A model generated the notes under the pieces. The model saw only the letters and a program-made list of their open reading frames with translations. It ran no database searches and had not been told where the DNA came from. 64,000 bases of DNA from Opitutales bacterium (GTDB taxonomy: Bacteria; Verrucomicrobiota; Verrucomicrobiia; Opitutales; UBA2987), in the NCBI GenBank assembly GCA_965226885.1, contig CBDDEL010000017.1, positions 320,001 to 384,000 of the forward strand, given 5' to 3'. Positions 39,834-51,741 of this stretch are shown here, piece by piece. Position 1 is the stretch's first letter. The number at the start of each line of letters is the position of its first letter. A program made the position numbers and the translations under genes.

Positions 39834-41039
39834 ATGGCCAGGGCGGCATCAGCATTAGCAGCGTCGTCCGAACAGCCGGAGTGGGCCACAGCCGTATTGC
39901 TGCTGGCCGACGGCATGGTTTTCTGGGGTCGCGGCGCTGGGGCCAGTGGCATCAGGACGGGGGAAATCTGCTTCAATACCTCGGTCACAGGTTATCAGGA
40001 AATACTGACCGACCCGTCCTACGCCGGGCAAATCATCACTTTTACTTTTCCCCATATTGGGAATGTGGGCACCAATCCTGAAGACCTCGAAGCCCTCCGG
40101 CCCAGGGCTCTGGGCTGCATTTTCGCCGCCCATATGACGGAACCTTCCAACTGGCGCTCGGGCCAATCGTTGGAGGATTTTTTAATTGAGAATGACATGC
40201 CGGCCATTTGCGGGATCGACACCCGGCAATTGACCATAAAAATCCGCCAGGCCGGTGCGATTGACGCAACCCTGGCCCATTTCGGGAATAGCCGGGTAAA
40301 CCTGGAAGAGCTTTTTGCGAAAACAGACGCCTGGCCGGGCTTGGAGGGAATGGACCTGGCAGGTGAGGTGACGGCCAGTAAAACCTACACCTGGGATGAG
40401 CCGCGCCGGTTTCTGCACAATAGAGAGCCAATTCAAACCCGGGAAACCTCAGTAAGCCCACGGAAACGCTTCAAGGTCGCCGTATTCGATTTCGGAATCA
40501 AACAAAACATTCTGCGCTCCCTGGTGTCGCTGGGCTGCACAACGACGGTGGTTCCGGCCACGACAACGTTTGAGGAAATCGAAAAGATGAGCCCGGACGG
40601 GGTTTTTCTCTCCAATGGCCCCGGCGATCCGGCGGCCACGGGTGGCTATGCGGTTCCAACCATCCGGAAAATGTTGGAAACCGGGATTCCCATTTTCGGC
40701 ATTTGCCTGGGGCACCAACTCCTAGCCCTTGCCCTGGGTGGAAAAACCAAAAAGATGCATCATGGCCATCGCGGCACCAACCATCCGGTAAAAGACCTGC
40801 AAACAGGCAGGGTGGAAGTGACCAGCCAAAACCATGGGTTCGTGGTTGATGATGCGAGTCTGCCGAACAATGTGCAAAAAACCCATGTCTCTCTCTTCGA
40901 TGGCACAATCGAGGGCTTGAAGGTGGAGGACCGGCCCGTTTTCAGCGTCCAGTACCATCCCGAAGCCTCCCCGGGACCCGAGGACAGCGGGCATCTTTTT
41001 GACCGTTTCGTTTCCATGATGGAGGACCGTCAAAAATGA
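39834..41039 (+). CDS. carA: Carbamoyl-phosphate synthase small subunit
   Basis: GYQEILTDPSY, LSNGPGDP, GICLGHQ, TSQNHGF, QYHPEASPGP. Confidence 0.97.
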   Translation: MARAASALAASSEQPEWATAVLLLADGMVFWGRGAGASGIRTGEICFNTSVTGYQEILTDPSYAGQIITFTFPHIGNVGTNPEDLEALRPRALGCIFAAHMTEPSNWRSGQSLEDFLIENDMPAICGIDTRQLTIKIRQAGAIDATLAHFGNSRVNLEELFAKTDAWPGLEGMDLAGEVTASKTYTWDEPRRFLHNREPIQTRETSVSPRKRFKVAVFDFGIKQNILRSLVSLGCTTTVVPATTTFEEIEKMSPDGVFLSNGPGDPAATGGYAVPTIRKMLETGIPIFGICLGHQLLALALGGKTKKMHHGHRGTNHPVKDLQTGRVEVTSQNHGFVVDDASLPNNVQKTHVSLFDGTIEGLKVEDRPVFSVQYHPEASPGPEDSGHLFDRFVSMMEDRQK

Positions 41040-41060
41040 ATTTTTTTAGAAAAACCAGAT

Positions 41061-44000
41061 ATGCCACGAAGAACTGATTTGCAAAGCATCCTCATCGTGG
41101 GGGCGGGACCGATCATCATCGGCCAGGCCTGTGAGTTCGACTACTCTGGCACCCAGGCCTGCAAAGCCCTTAAAGAAGAGGGTTTCCGGGTCATCCTAGT
41201 CAACTCGAACCCGGCCACCATCATGACCGACCCGGAACTGGCCGACGCTACTTATATTGAACCGGTCACCCCAGAAATGGTCGCCCTTATCGTGGAGAAG
41301 GAGCGCCCCGATGCCATCTTGCCGACGGTGGGGGGACAGACGGGGCTCAATACCGCCATGTCCTTGTTCCGGGACGGCACTCTCGAGCAGTTCGGGGTGG
41401 AAATGATCGGAGCCAAAGCGGAAGCCATTGAGATGGCGGAGGACCGGCAGCTTTTTCAGGAGGCCATGAACCGAATCGGCCTGAGGACGCCGAAAAACGC
41501 CCTCATCAACTCGCTCTCCGGGGTCCGGCGGTTTGTGGACGAAATCGGCCTGCCAGTCATCATACGGCCCAGTTTCACCCTCGGGGGCAAAGGCAGCGGG
41601 GTAGCCACCCAGCCCCACGAATTGGATGAAACGGTTCTGCGCGGCCTGGCGGCCAGTCCGGTGGGCGAGGTCCTCATTGAAGAATCAGCGCTGGGTTGGA
41701 AAGAGTTCGAGATGGAGGTGGTGCGCGACAGCAAGGACAACACCATTATCATTTGCGCCATTGAAAATATCGACCCCATGGGCATCCACACGGGGGACAG
41801 TATCACGGTGGCTCCGGCCCTCACTTTGACTGACAAAGAATACCAAATTATGCGCAACGCCAGCATCGCGGTTTTGCGTGAAATCGGGGTCGATACGGGG
41901 GGCTCCAACGTCCAGTTCGGCATTCATCCTGAAAATGGAGAAATGGTGGTCATCGAGATGAATCCACGGGTCAGCCGCTCCTCCGCCCTGGCCTCGAAGG
42001 CAACCGGTTTTCCCATTGCCAAAGTAGCCGCCAAGCTGGCCATCGGCTATACTTTGGACGAGCTGCAAAACGACATTACGGGGATCACCCCGGCCAGTTT
42101 TGAACCGGCCATCGATTATGTGGTAGCCAAAATGCCGCGTTTTGCTTTTGAAAAATTTCCCGCCGCCGACACTGGTTTGACCACCTCCATGAAGTCGGTC
42201 GGCGAAGTTATGAGCATCGGACGGAATTTTCACGAATCCCTGCAAAAAGCTTTTCGCTCCCTCGAGACCGGGCTGACCGGGTTGAACGAAATCCACATCG
42301 AGGGCGATGGCGCCAAGAAGGCTCTGTTGAAAGCCGTCGCCCACCCCGGAGCGGATCGCCTGCGGGTCATCGCAGAGACTTTTCGCCAGGGGCTGACAAC
42401 GGAGGAAATTCATGGGGCCTGCCGAATCGATCCCTGGTTTTTGCGACGCATCGAAGAAATAGTAAAAGTGGAGGAAACTCTCCGGTCCGAGGGTTTGCCG
42501 GCGGATTTAGAGGGCCTCCACCAGCTCAAGAAAATGGGATTTTCGGACGCCCGTTTAGGGGAGTTGACCAGCCAACCTCTGGACCGTGTGGCGGACCTGC
42601 GCCGGAAACTTGGAGTAAGGCCGGTTTTCCGTCGGGTAGATACCTGCGCGGGTGAATTTCCCTCCCAGACCTCCTATCTTTATTCGGCCTATGACGGGAC
42701 GGGAACGGGGCAGCCGTTCTGCGAAGCCGATCCCTCCAATCGGGAAAAAGTGATCATCCTGGGGGGCGGCCCCAACCGGATCGGGCAGGGAATCGAGTTC
42801 GACTATTGTTGTGTGCAAGGTGTTTACGCCCTTCGCGCGGCGGGTTACGAAACCATTATGGTGAACTGCAATCCGGAAACCGTCTCCACCGATTACGACA
42901 CCGCCGACCGTCTATATTTTGAACCCCTGATGGAGGAGGAAGTCCTCGCCATCGTGGAAGCGGAGAGCAGCGCAGGTTCATTGAAAGGGATCATCGTTCA
43001 ATTCGGCGGGCAGACGCCCCTCAAGCTGGTCAAAACACTCGAGAAGAACGGGCTGCCCATTTTGGGAACCAGTCCCGATGCCATCAATCTGGCCGAAGAT
43101 CGCGACCGTTTTCAAAACCTCATCGAGTCGCTGGGGTTGAAACAACCGCCCGGCGGAATCGCTTTTTCCATCGAGGAGGCCATAGCGGAGACGGAGCGGC
43201 TGGGTTATCCGGTGCTTCTACGGCCCTCCTATGTTCTCGGTGGCAGGGCCATGGCCATTGTGCATGACCTCGAATCGCTGCTGCATTTCATCGCCCCGGC
43301 GGTGGAAGCGGCCGGAGAAAACCCGGTTTTAATCGATTCCTACCTACAGGATGCCATCGAGGTCGATGTCGATGCCTTGCGGGATGCGGAGGGTCAGGTG
43401 TTTGTGGCCGGGGTCATGGAACACATTGAGGAGGCGGGCATTCATTCGGGAGACAGCGCCTGTTCGCTGCCCCCCCACTCGCTTTGCGTGGAGGTGATCA
43501 ACGAAATAAAACGGCAAACCACTGCTCTTGCCGGGGCGCTCGAAATTTGCGGCCTCATGAATGTTCAATTCGCAGTCAAAGGGGAGGAGATTTTCGTGCT
43601 CGAGGTCAACCCCAGGGCCAGCCGCACGGCGCCGTTTGTGGCCAAAGCGACGGGTATGCAAATCGCCGGAATGGCCGCCCGTTTGATGATCGGGGAAAGG
43701 CTATGCGACATGGACATCGGGACGGAAAAGTCTTTGGGCGGGCACGTCGCGGTCAAAGAAGCCGTTTTCCCCTTCAATCGCTTTCCGGGCGTGGACATCA
43801 TTCTCGGCCCCGAAATGCGTTCGACGGGCGAGGTCATGGGGATCGATTACAGTTTCGCGTTGGCTTTTGCCAAGAGTATGCTGGCCGCGGGAACAGCATT
43901 ACCCTCCAACGGCAGGGTCTTCATTTCCGTGCGCGATGCCGACAAACCCAAGCTGGTCAATGCAGCCAGAAAATTGAGCGCGCTCGGTTTCGGCATCGTG

Positions 44001-44324
44001 GCCACCCGCGGCACGGCAAAATTTCTCGACGCCGAGGGAATCTCCACAACGGTCATCAACAAAGTGGTCGAAGGCCAGCCCCATATCGTGAAAGCCATGC
44101 TCAACGACGAGATTGATCTGGTTTTCAACACCACGGAGGGAGCCCACTCGATCCGCGACAGTTTCAGCCTGCGACGCACCGCACTGGCAAAAAACATTTC
44201 CTATTTCACCACCGCGGCCGGCGCCCAGGCCGCCGTCGAGGCCATAACGGCCCTTAGATTCGAGAAAATGCACATCGCCCCCATCCAGGAGTATTTCGTC
44301 GATCAATGCCGCGTTTCGGGTTGA
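41061..44324 (+). CDS. carB: Carbamoyl-phosphate synthase large subunit
   Basis: [28 protein letters not shown], second ATP-grasp half, MGS domain. Confidence 0.98.
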   Translation: MPRRTDLQSILIVGAGPIIIGQACEFDYSGTQACKALKEEGFRVILVNSNPATIMTDPELADATYIEPVTPEMVALIVEKERPDAILPTVGGQTGLNTAMSLFRDGTLEQFGVEMIGAKAEAIEMAEDRQLFQEAMNRIGLRTPKNALINSLSGVRRFVDEIGLPVIIRPSFTLGGKGSGVATQPHELDETVLRGLAASPVGEVLIEESALGWKEFEMEVVRDSKDNTIIICAIENIDPMGIHTGDSITVAPALTLTDKEYQIMRNASIAVLREIGVDTGGSNVQFGIHPENGEMVVIEMNPRVSRSSALASKATGFPIAKVAAKLAIGYTLDELQNDITGITPASFEPAIDYVVAKMPRFAFEKFPAADTGLTTSMKSVGEVMSIGRNFHESLQKAFRSLETGLTGLNEIHIEGDGAKKALLKAVAHPGADRLRVIAETFRQGLTTEEIHGACRIDPWFLRRIEEIVKVEETLRSEGLPADLEGLHQLKKMGFSDARLGELTSQPLDRVADLRRKLGVRPVFRRVDTCAGEFPSQTSYLYSAYDGTGTGQPFCEADPSNREKVIILGGGPNRIGQGIEFDYCCVQGVYALRAAGYETIMVNCNPETVSTDYDTADRLYFEPLMEEEVLAIVEAESSAGSLKGIIVQFGGQTPLKLVKTLEKNGLPILGTSPDAINLAEDRDRFQNLIESLGLKQPPGGIAFSIEEAIAETERLGYPVLLRPSYVLGGRAMAIVHDLESLLHFIAPAVEAAGENPVLIDSYLQDAIEVDVDALRDAEGQVFVAGVMEHIEEAGIHSGDSACSLPPHSLCVEVINEIKRQTTALAGALEICGLMNVQFAVKGEEIFVLEVNPRASRTAPFVAKATGMQIAGMAARLMIGERLCDMDIGTEKSLGGHVAVKEAVFPFNRFPGVDIILGPEMRSTGEVMGIDYSFALAFAKSMLAAGTALPSNGRVFISVRDADKPKLVNAARKLSALGFGIVATRGTAKFLDAEGISTTVINKVVEGQPHIVKAMLNDEIDLVFNTTEGAHSIRDSFSLRRTALAKNISYFTTAAGAQAAVEAITALRFEKMHIAPIQEYFVDQCRVSG

Positions 44325-44340
44325 TTGACCGCCACTGGAT

Positions 44341-45597
44341 CTACTTTTCGATTATTAACGATTTGTGAAGCACTGTAGTTGATGGATTGAATACATCGCT
44401 GCCCTCTATGATTTGAGGGTAGTGTTAACATGACGAATGTTTGATATTGCTGTTGTATTCCCAGATGAACAAGCACAGGACGCGAAAATGCATGACCAAA
44501 GACTTCGAGAATGACAGCGTTTTACGCACATAGCGTGACAGGGACTGTCGCAAGGTATTGTTCCAGCGTTCGATATGGGCGGTTTGGCCGGATTGTTTCC
44601 CGCTGGCGCTGTTGTGAGGGAAAACCTTGTCGTAGCTTTCCCAGTAATCGCTTACGGTGGCACAGTCGCGATAGGGCTGGGCGATGTTGTGATACAACTG
44701 CCAGCACGTTTGATCGCTACGATCACCCAGAGAAAACCCGACGACCTGTCGGGTACGTCGACACAAGGCTACCCATAGCCATACCTGCCCCGAACGCTTA
44801 TCGCCCCAGAATGACCACACCTCGTCCAGTTCCAGCACATCACTACACTGGCGGGCAAGCAGAGTGGACTCCAGCTTCGGCAAACTCAGGACTTTTTTTT
44901 AATCCATTCGATGACCGTCTTTGGGGCTACCCCGAAGGTACGGTAAATGGCACGCAGGCTCATCCGGTTTTGGTGCGCACGGAGCACCTGCTTGACCAGC
45001 GCCGGAGGATGCTCACGACTTTTGGGGTGAAGCCGAAACTGATAACCACACCCCTTGCATCGATACTTCTGAACCCCTTTCGGATCCTTGCCGTGCTTGA
45101 TGATGTGATCGCTTCCGCATTGAGGACATTTTACTGTGATATGGACCATTCCCAGTTCACAACATAATCACGCTAAAAAGTACAGCTTAAACATTCAAAA
45201 TGTTAACACTACCCATTTGAGATGTACTGTTAGAACCGTTAATAACCAATTGCCATAATGTATTGATTTGGCCTTGATATAAAAATCCTGTCCACGCTGT
45301 GATTGAACTACAGGACTCCGTTGTGCTTTCCCATAGGGTATTAAAAGTGATGGTTGTGCCATATACCCAACCGGTAACGGGGTAAGATATGTTTTGGCAT
45401 CCATAGCCTGACGCCCGATTTATATAGGTTCCCTTTAACAACCCATTACTATCAATAGCATCGATATAGAGTGTTGATCCACTTTGATTTGTCCAGGCTG
45501 AAAGCGCTTCTAAGGAAACCGGATCGTTCTCGCCTGCATATACAGAGAAACTTATCAGTGTGAATATTGATGTAATAATTGCATATTTAGTTTTCAT
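44341..45597 (-). pseudogene. Avidin-family biotin-binding protein (shwanavidin/rhizavidin-like), interrupted by IS1
   Basis: Signal peptide; SAWTNQSGSTL, GTYINRASGYGCQN, SCSSITAWTGF, INTLWQL; continues beyond the IS as IEGSDVFNPS..IEK*. Confidence 0.9.
44418..45213 (-). mobile_element. IS1 type A, copy 2 (insA 44886-45149, insB to 44425)
   Basis: Near-identical to 13338-14133; flanks GATTTGAG / CATTTGAG (7 of 8 identical). Confidence 0.94.
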
Positions 45598-45613
45598 CTT
45601 AATCAATCCTCAA

Positions 45614-45641
45614 TGATGTGCACTGGAAAAAGTGGACATCA
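45614..45641 (+). mobile_element. 28-bp remnant of the IS3 type B end
   Basis: TGATGTGCACTGGAAAAAGTGGACA (identical to the end at 35752-35776) plus TCA. Confidence 0.8.
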
Positions 45642-48262
45642 TAGGTGAAAGTGAATCGTTCGGGTGTTGTGAAGTGGACGGGGTTGTTTGGACAATTTTG
45701 ACGTGGGATTAAGGTGGAAATCGTGTTCATATTATTTTTTAAAAATATATTTTGTCCTTAGCCAAAGACGGGCACGCAGGTGCCCGCAAGCTGTATTGGC
45801 GGGGAGGTTGGTTTTGCTCCGATTGCATGGACTTCGGCCGGGGTCCGGTAGCCCAGGGCTTGGTGGGGGCGCAGGTGGTTGTAGAAGTCCAGGTAGCGGG
45901 CTATCCCTTCGCTGGCTTCCTTTGCCGTGGCGTATTCGCGCAGGTAAATGTCTTCATACTTGAGGGTTCTCCAAAAGCGTTCAACAAATATGTTGTCCAG
46001 GTAGCGGCCACGCCCGTCCATGCTGATGCGCACCCCGGCTTGCCCCAGCACCGAGGTGAACTCGCTGCCGGTAAACTGGCTGCCTTGATCGGTGTTGAAG
46101 ATCTGAGGTTGGGCCCGCCTCAGAGCTTCCTCCAGGGCGAGCACACAGAAGCGGCTCTCCAGGGTGTTGGAAAGCTGCCAGCTCAACACGTAGCGGCTGA
46201 ACCAGTCCAACACCACGGTCAAGAGAAGGAATCCTCGGCTCAGCCGCAGGTAAGTGATGTCGCTGCACCATACCTGGTCGGGCCGCTCGACCGCCAAACC
46301 CCGCAGCAGATAAGGGAAAATGCGGTGCTGCCGGTGCCCCTGGCTCAAGTTTCGACGCGGATAAATAGCCTCCAGGCCCATTTGGCGCATGAGCCGCTGG
46401 ATGCGGCCTCGTCCCACTGCATGGCCCTCTCGACGCAGCCACTGGGTCATCCGGCGAGAACCAAAAAACGGATATTGGGTGTAGAGCTCATCCATGCGAT
46501 GCATGTAGAGAACGTTCTGCTCGCACTGGGCACGGGCCCGATAGTAATAGCTGCCGCGGGCCAGCCCCAGCAACTGACATTGCCTGCCGATACTGATTTT
46601 TCCTTGAAGTGGTTGCACCATCTTGCGCCTCTCACCAACCGAATTGTTCAGACTTTTTTTTTAGCCAATCGCATTCTACTTTCAGCTTTCCAATCTCCTG
46701 GTAAAGGTGATCTTTTTCCGTCTCGTTGTCCTTGCTGAGAGTCTGCCGCTGGCGCGAAAACAGCTCCGTTGCTCCCTGCAAAAGCTGCTTCTTCCATTGG
46801 GTCACCTGGTTGGGATGCACCTCAAAACGACCGGCGATCTCGTTGATGGTATGAGCGCCCCTGATGGCTTCCAGGGCCACTCGGGCTTTAAACTCAGCAC
46901 TGTATTGTCTTCTCTTTCGTGATTTAATAACATTCATAGGTTAGCGGATTTAGTGGTTCAAGACCACCTTATTCCACTGTCCAGTTTTCCCCGTCCATTT
47001 CATTGCGCACGATGACCGCTCCGATCTTGATTAATTTGAGCCGCAGGGTGTGGCATTGGGCCCGCGCCCACTTCGTCCCTTTTAAGGCTAACCGGCGCAT
47101 GGCTTCCATCAAGGTGTAGGCCAGCGCCGACAAGAGCAATCGCCACTGATGGGCGCTGGTGCGCTCGCTGAACAATTGCATCTGTTCCTTGATTCGGTTC
47201 TCCATTTCACCGCGGCCACAGTATACCTTGTCGTAAAGCTCCTGGGGATCGCCCGGCAGGTTCGTCACCACGAAGCGCGGGTTGGACCCCTGTGCGGTGT
47301 GTTCGGCTTTATGGATGACCAACCGCAGCCATCGCCACGAATCGGCAGCATAGACGAAGTCCTGGAATAACCGTTGTTTTTTACCCCTTAGTTCGAACCA
47401 TTCTTTGGCCTGCTTTTGCAACTGCTGGGCGTCTTGCTGCAAGCGTGCATTGCGAGCCATCCCCACGATGTAACTAACTTCGTTGCGGTCGCACCAAGAG
47501 AGTATCCGGTCTCGACAAAATCCACTGTCGGCGCGCCAAATAATCCGCGTACGGGGCCAGCTTTGGCGAATCCGTTTAACCAGCAATTTGAGGATGGCCC
47601 CGGCATGCTTGCTGGCATCGATCTTGCTCGGCCGCAGGTAGGCCACCAGCAGCTGATCACCGCAAAAAACATATAGCGGCAGAAAACAGTAATGATCATA
47701 ATAACCGTGGAAAAAACGTCCCTCCTGGAGCCCGTGCACCGGATTGTCGGTGCCGTCAAAGTCCAGGATGATCTCTTCGGGTTCCTCGGCAAAGGAGCCC
47801 ATGAACTGTTCGACCAACAGCTCGTTTACCGCAAAGGCCGCCCGCCGATCCTGCCCGTTTTCAAAACGACACAAAGTCGGCGCGCTGGCCAACGTTTCAA
47901 TGCGCCCCGTTACCGTTTGCAACAATGGATCGTGGCGCAGGGTATCAAAGTCGTTCAAATCCTCATAGCCCGCCACCAGCCCGTAAACGCGCTGCCGCAG
48001 CATCCCCAATACCTCATGGCGTACTTTGCCCTTCTGCCGTTTGTCCACTAACTGTCGGGCCGCTCGTTCGGTCAAGCCCAACTGCCGATCCACTTCCCGG
48101 ATCAAAAGCAGTCCGGCATCCGAAGTAACCTCTCCGCCCTTGAAATCAACCCGCACACGGCGGCCTTTTACCCTTGTCAACTGTAGCTTTAATTGTTGAT
48201 CTATCCTGCTGTATATCAGCAGTTAAGCATATCAACGATACTTTTTTTACGAAATATCCGGG
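45642..48262 (-). mobile_element. IS1380 copy 6, degraded (3'-truncated, IS3 inserted, 15-bp and 35-bp deletions)
   Basis: Comparison with intact copies; end at 48262 followed by CTAA. Confidence 0.92.
45670..47002 (-). mobile_element. IS3 type A, copy 3, nested in IS1380 (orfA 46632-46937, orfB 45758-46621)
   Basis: TG..CA ends; 3-bp TSD TTG within IS1380 sequence. Confidence 0.95.
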
Positions 48263-48961
48263 CTAAAAAGATTCCTGTTAATACCCACTCTTGTTTTAAT
48301 TACCGGACACGCAGCTTCGGCCCAAACCTCGATATCGGTCGATACTTCCTTCGCCTATGAGTCGGAATATGTCTCTCGGGGCGTCCAGTTTGCCGACAAC
48401 TCTTTTCAGCCATCGGTTGAAATCGGCTATGGCGCTTTTTATTTCGGCACCTGGATCAATTCGCCCATCGTGGACCCTGATGCCCAATTCCTAAATGAAG
48501 TCGATTTTTACGGAGGATATGGTTTCGACCTGGGCGAGAAACTGAGTCTTGATGTGGGGCTCACTTATTATTGGTTTCAGGAGGAGCCGGCATCTGATGC
48601 TAAAACTCGTGAACTCTACTTAGGTGCAGCCGCGGATATTGCGCTAAGTCCAGAAGTGTATTTTTTCTATGATTTTGATCTCGATACGTTCACGGTGCAG
48701 GGCGCCTTGGGCCACAGTTTTACCTTAGGAGAAAGCGCGGACAGTCCGCTGGCCCTGGATGTAGGCACTTATTTTGGCTACGTCGCGCCCAAGTTTGGCT
48801 CCAACGGCGTTTATTTCGGGGGATCGGCCGATATCAGCTATGCCCTTTCCCCTCATACCGCATTTTCACTGGGTGTTCGAACTTCGGGAATCAGCAGCGA
48901 CATTAGCAGTGGGCGCACCGGTAACTTATGGTGGGCCATGAGTTTTTCGGCCGGTTTCTGA
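48263..48961 (+). pseudogene. TorF/TIGR02001-like outer-membrane beta-barrel, start codon removed by IS1380
   Basis: Frame open from the CTAA flank: LKRFLLIPTLVLITGHAASA-QTS..SEYVSRG..QPSVEIGY..GTW..EVDFYGGY..terminal AGF. Confidence 0.8.
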
Positions 48962-49014
48962 AGTACCGAAGTTAAAGGTGGAGCTAATCACGGCGACCGG
49001 TATATTTATCGGTT

Positions 49015-50013
49015 GTGAATGAAATTGTAGCGCTTGGCATTGATGGGGGCGGCAGCCATTGCCGGGCGGCTTTGGTTTCGCCGCAGGGCAAGATATTCGG
49101 AGCCGGAACGGCGGGACCGGCCAATATTAAAAGCGTCGGACCGGAAAATGCTGTAGAGTCTCTTCATCAAGCTGTCACACAGGCATGGGATCATTGTGGT
49201 TCTGCCAAACGACAGGCGACTGCCGCGTTTCTTGGTTTTGCCGGAGCAGGATCGCCGGAAGATCGTGAACTATTAACCCGGGCCGTCATAGAGGCCGGGA
49301 TGGCGGCCCCCGGTTGTGTGTGGGCGGACCACGATTTGCGCATTGCCCTGGCGGGAGCACTTGGCGGCGCTCCTGGAATTGTCATCGTGGCCGGAACCGG
49401 TTCGGCGGCCTATGGACGAACTGAGAATGGCCAATCCTGGCAGGCCGGTGGCTGGGGCTGGCTGATAGACGATCCCGGTAGCGGGTATTGGTTGGGCCGG
49501 CGGGCATTGAGAGCGATTGTGCATGCCCATGATGGGCGTGGGCCCAAGACCGCCCTGGAACCGGCTGTGCTTCAAACGTTGGGGCTGCCTTCAATTGATG
49601 AACTGACGGACAAACTGTATGGTCCCGATATATTGGGGACTGCCGGCATCTCGGCCCTCGCCCCCCTGGTAACCAGGGCGGCGGAAGATGGCGACCCGGC
49701 GGCGGTGGCAATCGTGCGGGAGGGTTGCGCCGAACTTGTCCACATGGCTGCGGCGGCAGCCGAAAAACTGGGTTGGGCAAGTGGTGAATTTCCCGTATCG
49801 GCGATTGGTGGTGTGGCCCGAAGTGGAAACTATTTTGTTTCCACCCTGGAAAGCGCCCTGGCCGAGGTTTTACCCCGAGCAATCCTCCGGCAACCCATGC
49901 TGCCGCCAGTTCTCGGTGCCGTTTATTTAGCTTTACAGAAATCGGGCCAAAAATTATCTACAGATTTCTTCGCCATCCTGAGTTCCCAGCCCGAAGCTGA
50001 GGGGCTTTGGTAA
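49015..50013 (+). CDS. BadF/BadG/BcrA/BcrD-type N-acetylglucosamine kinase-like ATPase
   Basis: GIDGGGS, GIVIVAGTGS, AGGWGWLIDDPGSGYWLG. Confidence 0.88.
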   Translation: MNEIVALGIDGGGSHCRAALVSPQGKIFGAGTAGPANIKSVGPENAVESLHQAVTQAWDHCGSAKRQATAAFLGFAGAGSPEDRELLTRAVIEAGMAAPGCVWADHDLRIALAGALGGAPGIVIVAGTGSAAYGRTENGQSWQAGGWGWLIDDPGSGYWLGRRALRAIVHAHDGRGPKTALEPAVLQTLGLPSIDELTDKLYGPDILGTAGISALAPLVTRAAEDGDPAAVAIVREGCAELVHMAAAAAEKLGWASGEFPVSAIGGVARSGNYFVSTLESALAEVLPRAILRQPMLPPVLGAVYLALQKSGQKLSTDFFAILSSQPEAEGLW

Positions 50014-50027
50014 GAGCCGGTGAAAAT

Positions 50028-51563
50028 TCAATAGGCTTTGGCGAAAAGAACCCGCCGGGGGCTGTTCTGGCCGGAAAAGGGACAAGTTCCGCCTTCATCC
50101 GCTTCATTTTCCAAGGCCAGGGGAAGGCAGCGGATGGTTACTTTGAGGTCTTGGGCTAACTGTTTCTCGACTTCAGGGGAACCGTCCCAGTGGGCCAGCG
50201 CGAAGCCGCCGTGGATTTCCGGTTTTTTTCTATTTTTGGGAGTGAAGAAATCGTAAAAATCCCCCTTCGAATTGATCTCCACTGTATTCTCATCGCGATA
50301 CTTGAGGGCTCGCTCGAAAAGTCCGCTCTGGATTTCGTCCAGAATATCCCCCACGGTTTCCACAATTTCATTGCGGTCCAAATTAGCCCGCTCACGAGGG
50401 TCGCGGTCGCGCCGCCCGAGGGAAACGGAATTGGCGGCCACATCCCGCCGGCCGATTTCGAGGCGCAAAGGGATGCCGTTTTTAACCCAATGCCACAATT
50501 TTTCCCCGCCACGCAGGTCCCGGTCGTCTAGTTCCACTTCAAGTGGTCGGCCGTGCCAATGTTTTTTATGCAGCTCTTTCCGTAAATTTTCACAATATGC
50601 GAAGACCTCGGCTCGTGTCTCCTCCTTCGGCGCAATCGGAAGAATAACGATCTGGGAGGGTGCCAGGCGGGGCGGCACGATGAAGCCGTCGTCATCGCTG
50701 TGGGTCATAATGAGGCCCCCGATGAGCCGTGTGGATACCCCCCAGGAGGTTGTCCAGGCGTGGACGCTTTCGCCTTTTTCATTGAGATATTTGATATCGC
50801 TGCCCTTGGCGAAATTTTGCCCCAGAAAATGAGACGTTCCCGCCTGCAAGGCTTTGCGGTCCTGCATCATGGCCTCAATGGAATAAGTAGTGACCGCTCC
50901 AGGAAATTTTTCGCCTTCGGTTTTTTCACCCTGGATAACCGGCATGGCCATGTATTTTTCCGAAAATTCGGCATAAATGCGCAGCATCTGCCGCGTTTCC
51001 ACGAGCGCTTCCTCCGCCGTGGCATGGACCGTATGGCCCTCCTGCCAGAGAAATTCGGTCGTCCGCAAAAAGAGGCGGGTGCGCATTTCCCAACGCACCA
51101 CGTTGCACCACTGGTTGATGAGCAGCGGTAAATCCCGGTAGCTCTGCACCCAACGCGAAAACATCTCCCCGATAATCGTCTCCGAGGTTGGGCGGACGAT
51201 GAGCGGCTCCTCCAGCGGCGAGGCTGGCACAAGTGTGCCGTCGGGCCCGGTTTCAAGCCGCGAATGAGTCACCACGGCGCACTCCTTGGCAAAACCCTCG
51301 ACATGCGCGGCCTCCTTTTCGAGGAAACTCTTGGGAATGAAAATGGGGAAGTAGGCGTTGCGATGGCCCGTCTCCTTGAACATGCGGTCCAGCTCCCGCT
51401 GCATGTTCTCCCAAAGCTCATAACCCCAGGGCTTGATCACCATGCAACCGCGCACGGGCGAATTCTCAGCCAGGTCGGCGGCCCGAATCACTTGTTGATA
51501 CCACTCCGGGTAATCCTCGACCCGAGTGGGAGAAATGGCGGGGTTTTGTTTTTTGGCGGACAT
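50028..51563 (-). CDS. proS: Prolyl-tRNA synthetase (archaeal/eukaryotic type)
   Basis: VRPTSET, VVRWEMRTRLFLRTTEFLWQEGH, QAGTSHFLGQNF, C-terminal FAKAY. Confidence 0.97.
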   Translation of the reverse strand: MSAKKQNPAISPTRVEDYPEWYQQVIRAADLAENSPVRGCMVIKPWGYELWENMQRELDRMFKETGHRNAYFPIFIPKSFLEKEAAHVEGFAKECAVVTHSRLETGPDGTLVPASPLEEPLIVRPTSETIIGEMFSRWVQSYRDLPLLINQWCNVVRWEMRTRLFLRTTEFLWQEGHTVHATAEEALVETRQMLRIYAEFSEKYMAMPVIQGEKTEGEKFPGAVTTYSIEAMMQDRKALQAGTSHFLGQNFAKGSDIKYLNEKGESVHAWTTSWGVSTRLIGGLIMTHSDDDGFIVPPRLAPSQIVILPIAPKEETRAEVFAYCENLRKELHKKHWHGRPLEVELDDRDLRGGEKLWHWVKNGIPLRLEIGRRDVAANSVSLGRRDRDPRERANLDRNEIVETVGDILDEIQSGLFERALKYRDENTVEINSKGDFYDFFTPKNRKKPEIHGGFALAHWDGSPEVEKQLAQDLKVTIRCLPLALENEADEGGTCPFSGQNSPRRVLFAKAY

Positions 51564-51741
51564 TGGTAAAATTTAAAAAGATGAAAACCCGCTTTCTAGG
51601 GCATCCTCGCCATTAGACAATGTTTTTGTTTTAAATTGCTGGATTGTTAAAACCTGAACCGGAATCCTTTTCAGTTGTCGTGTGCGGGGAATGACTATTA
51701 AAATTATTTTCCAATAATCTGAATTTGCTCTTTACGTAATT

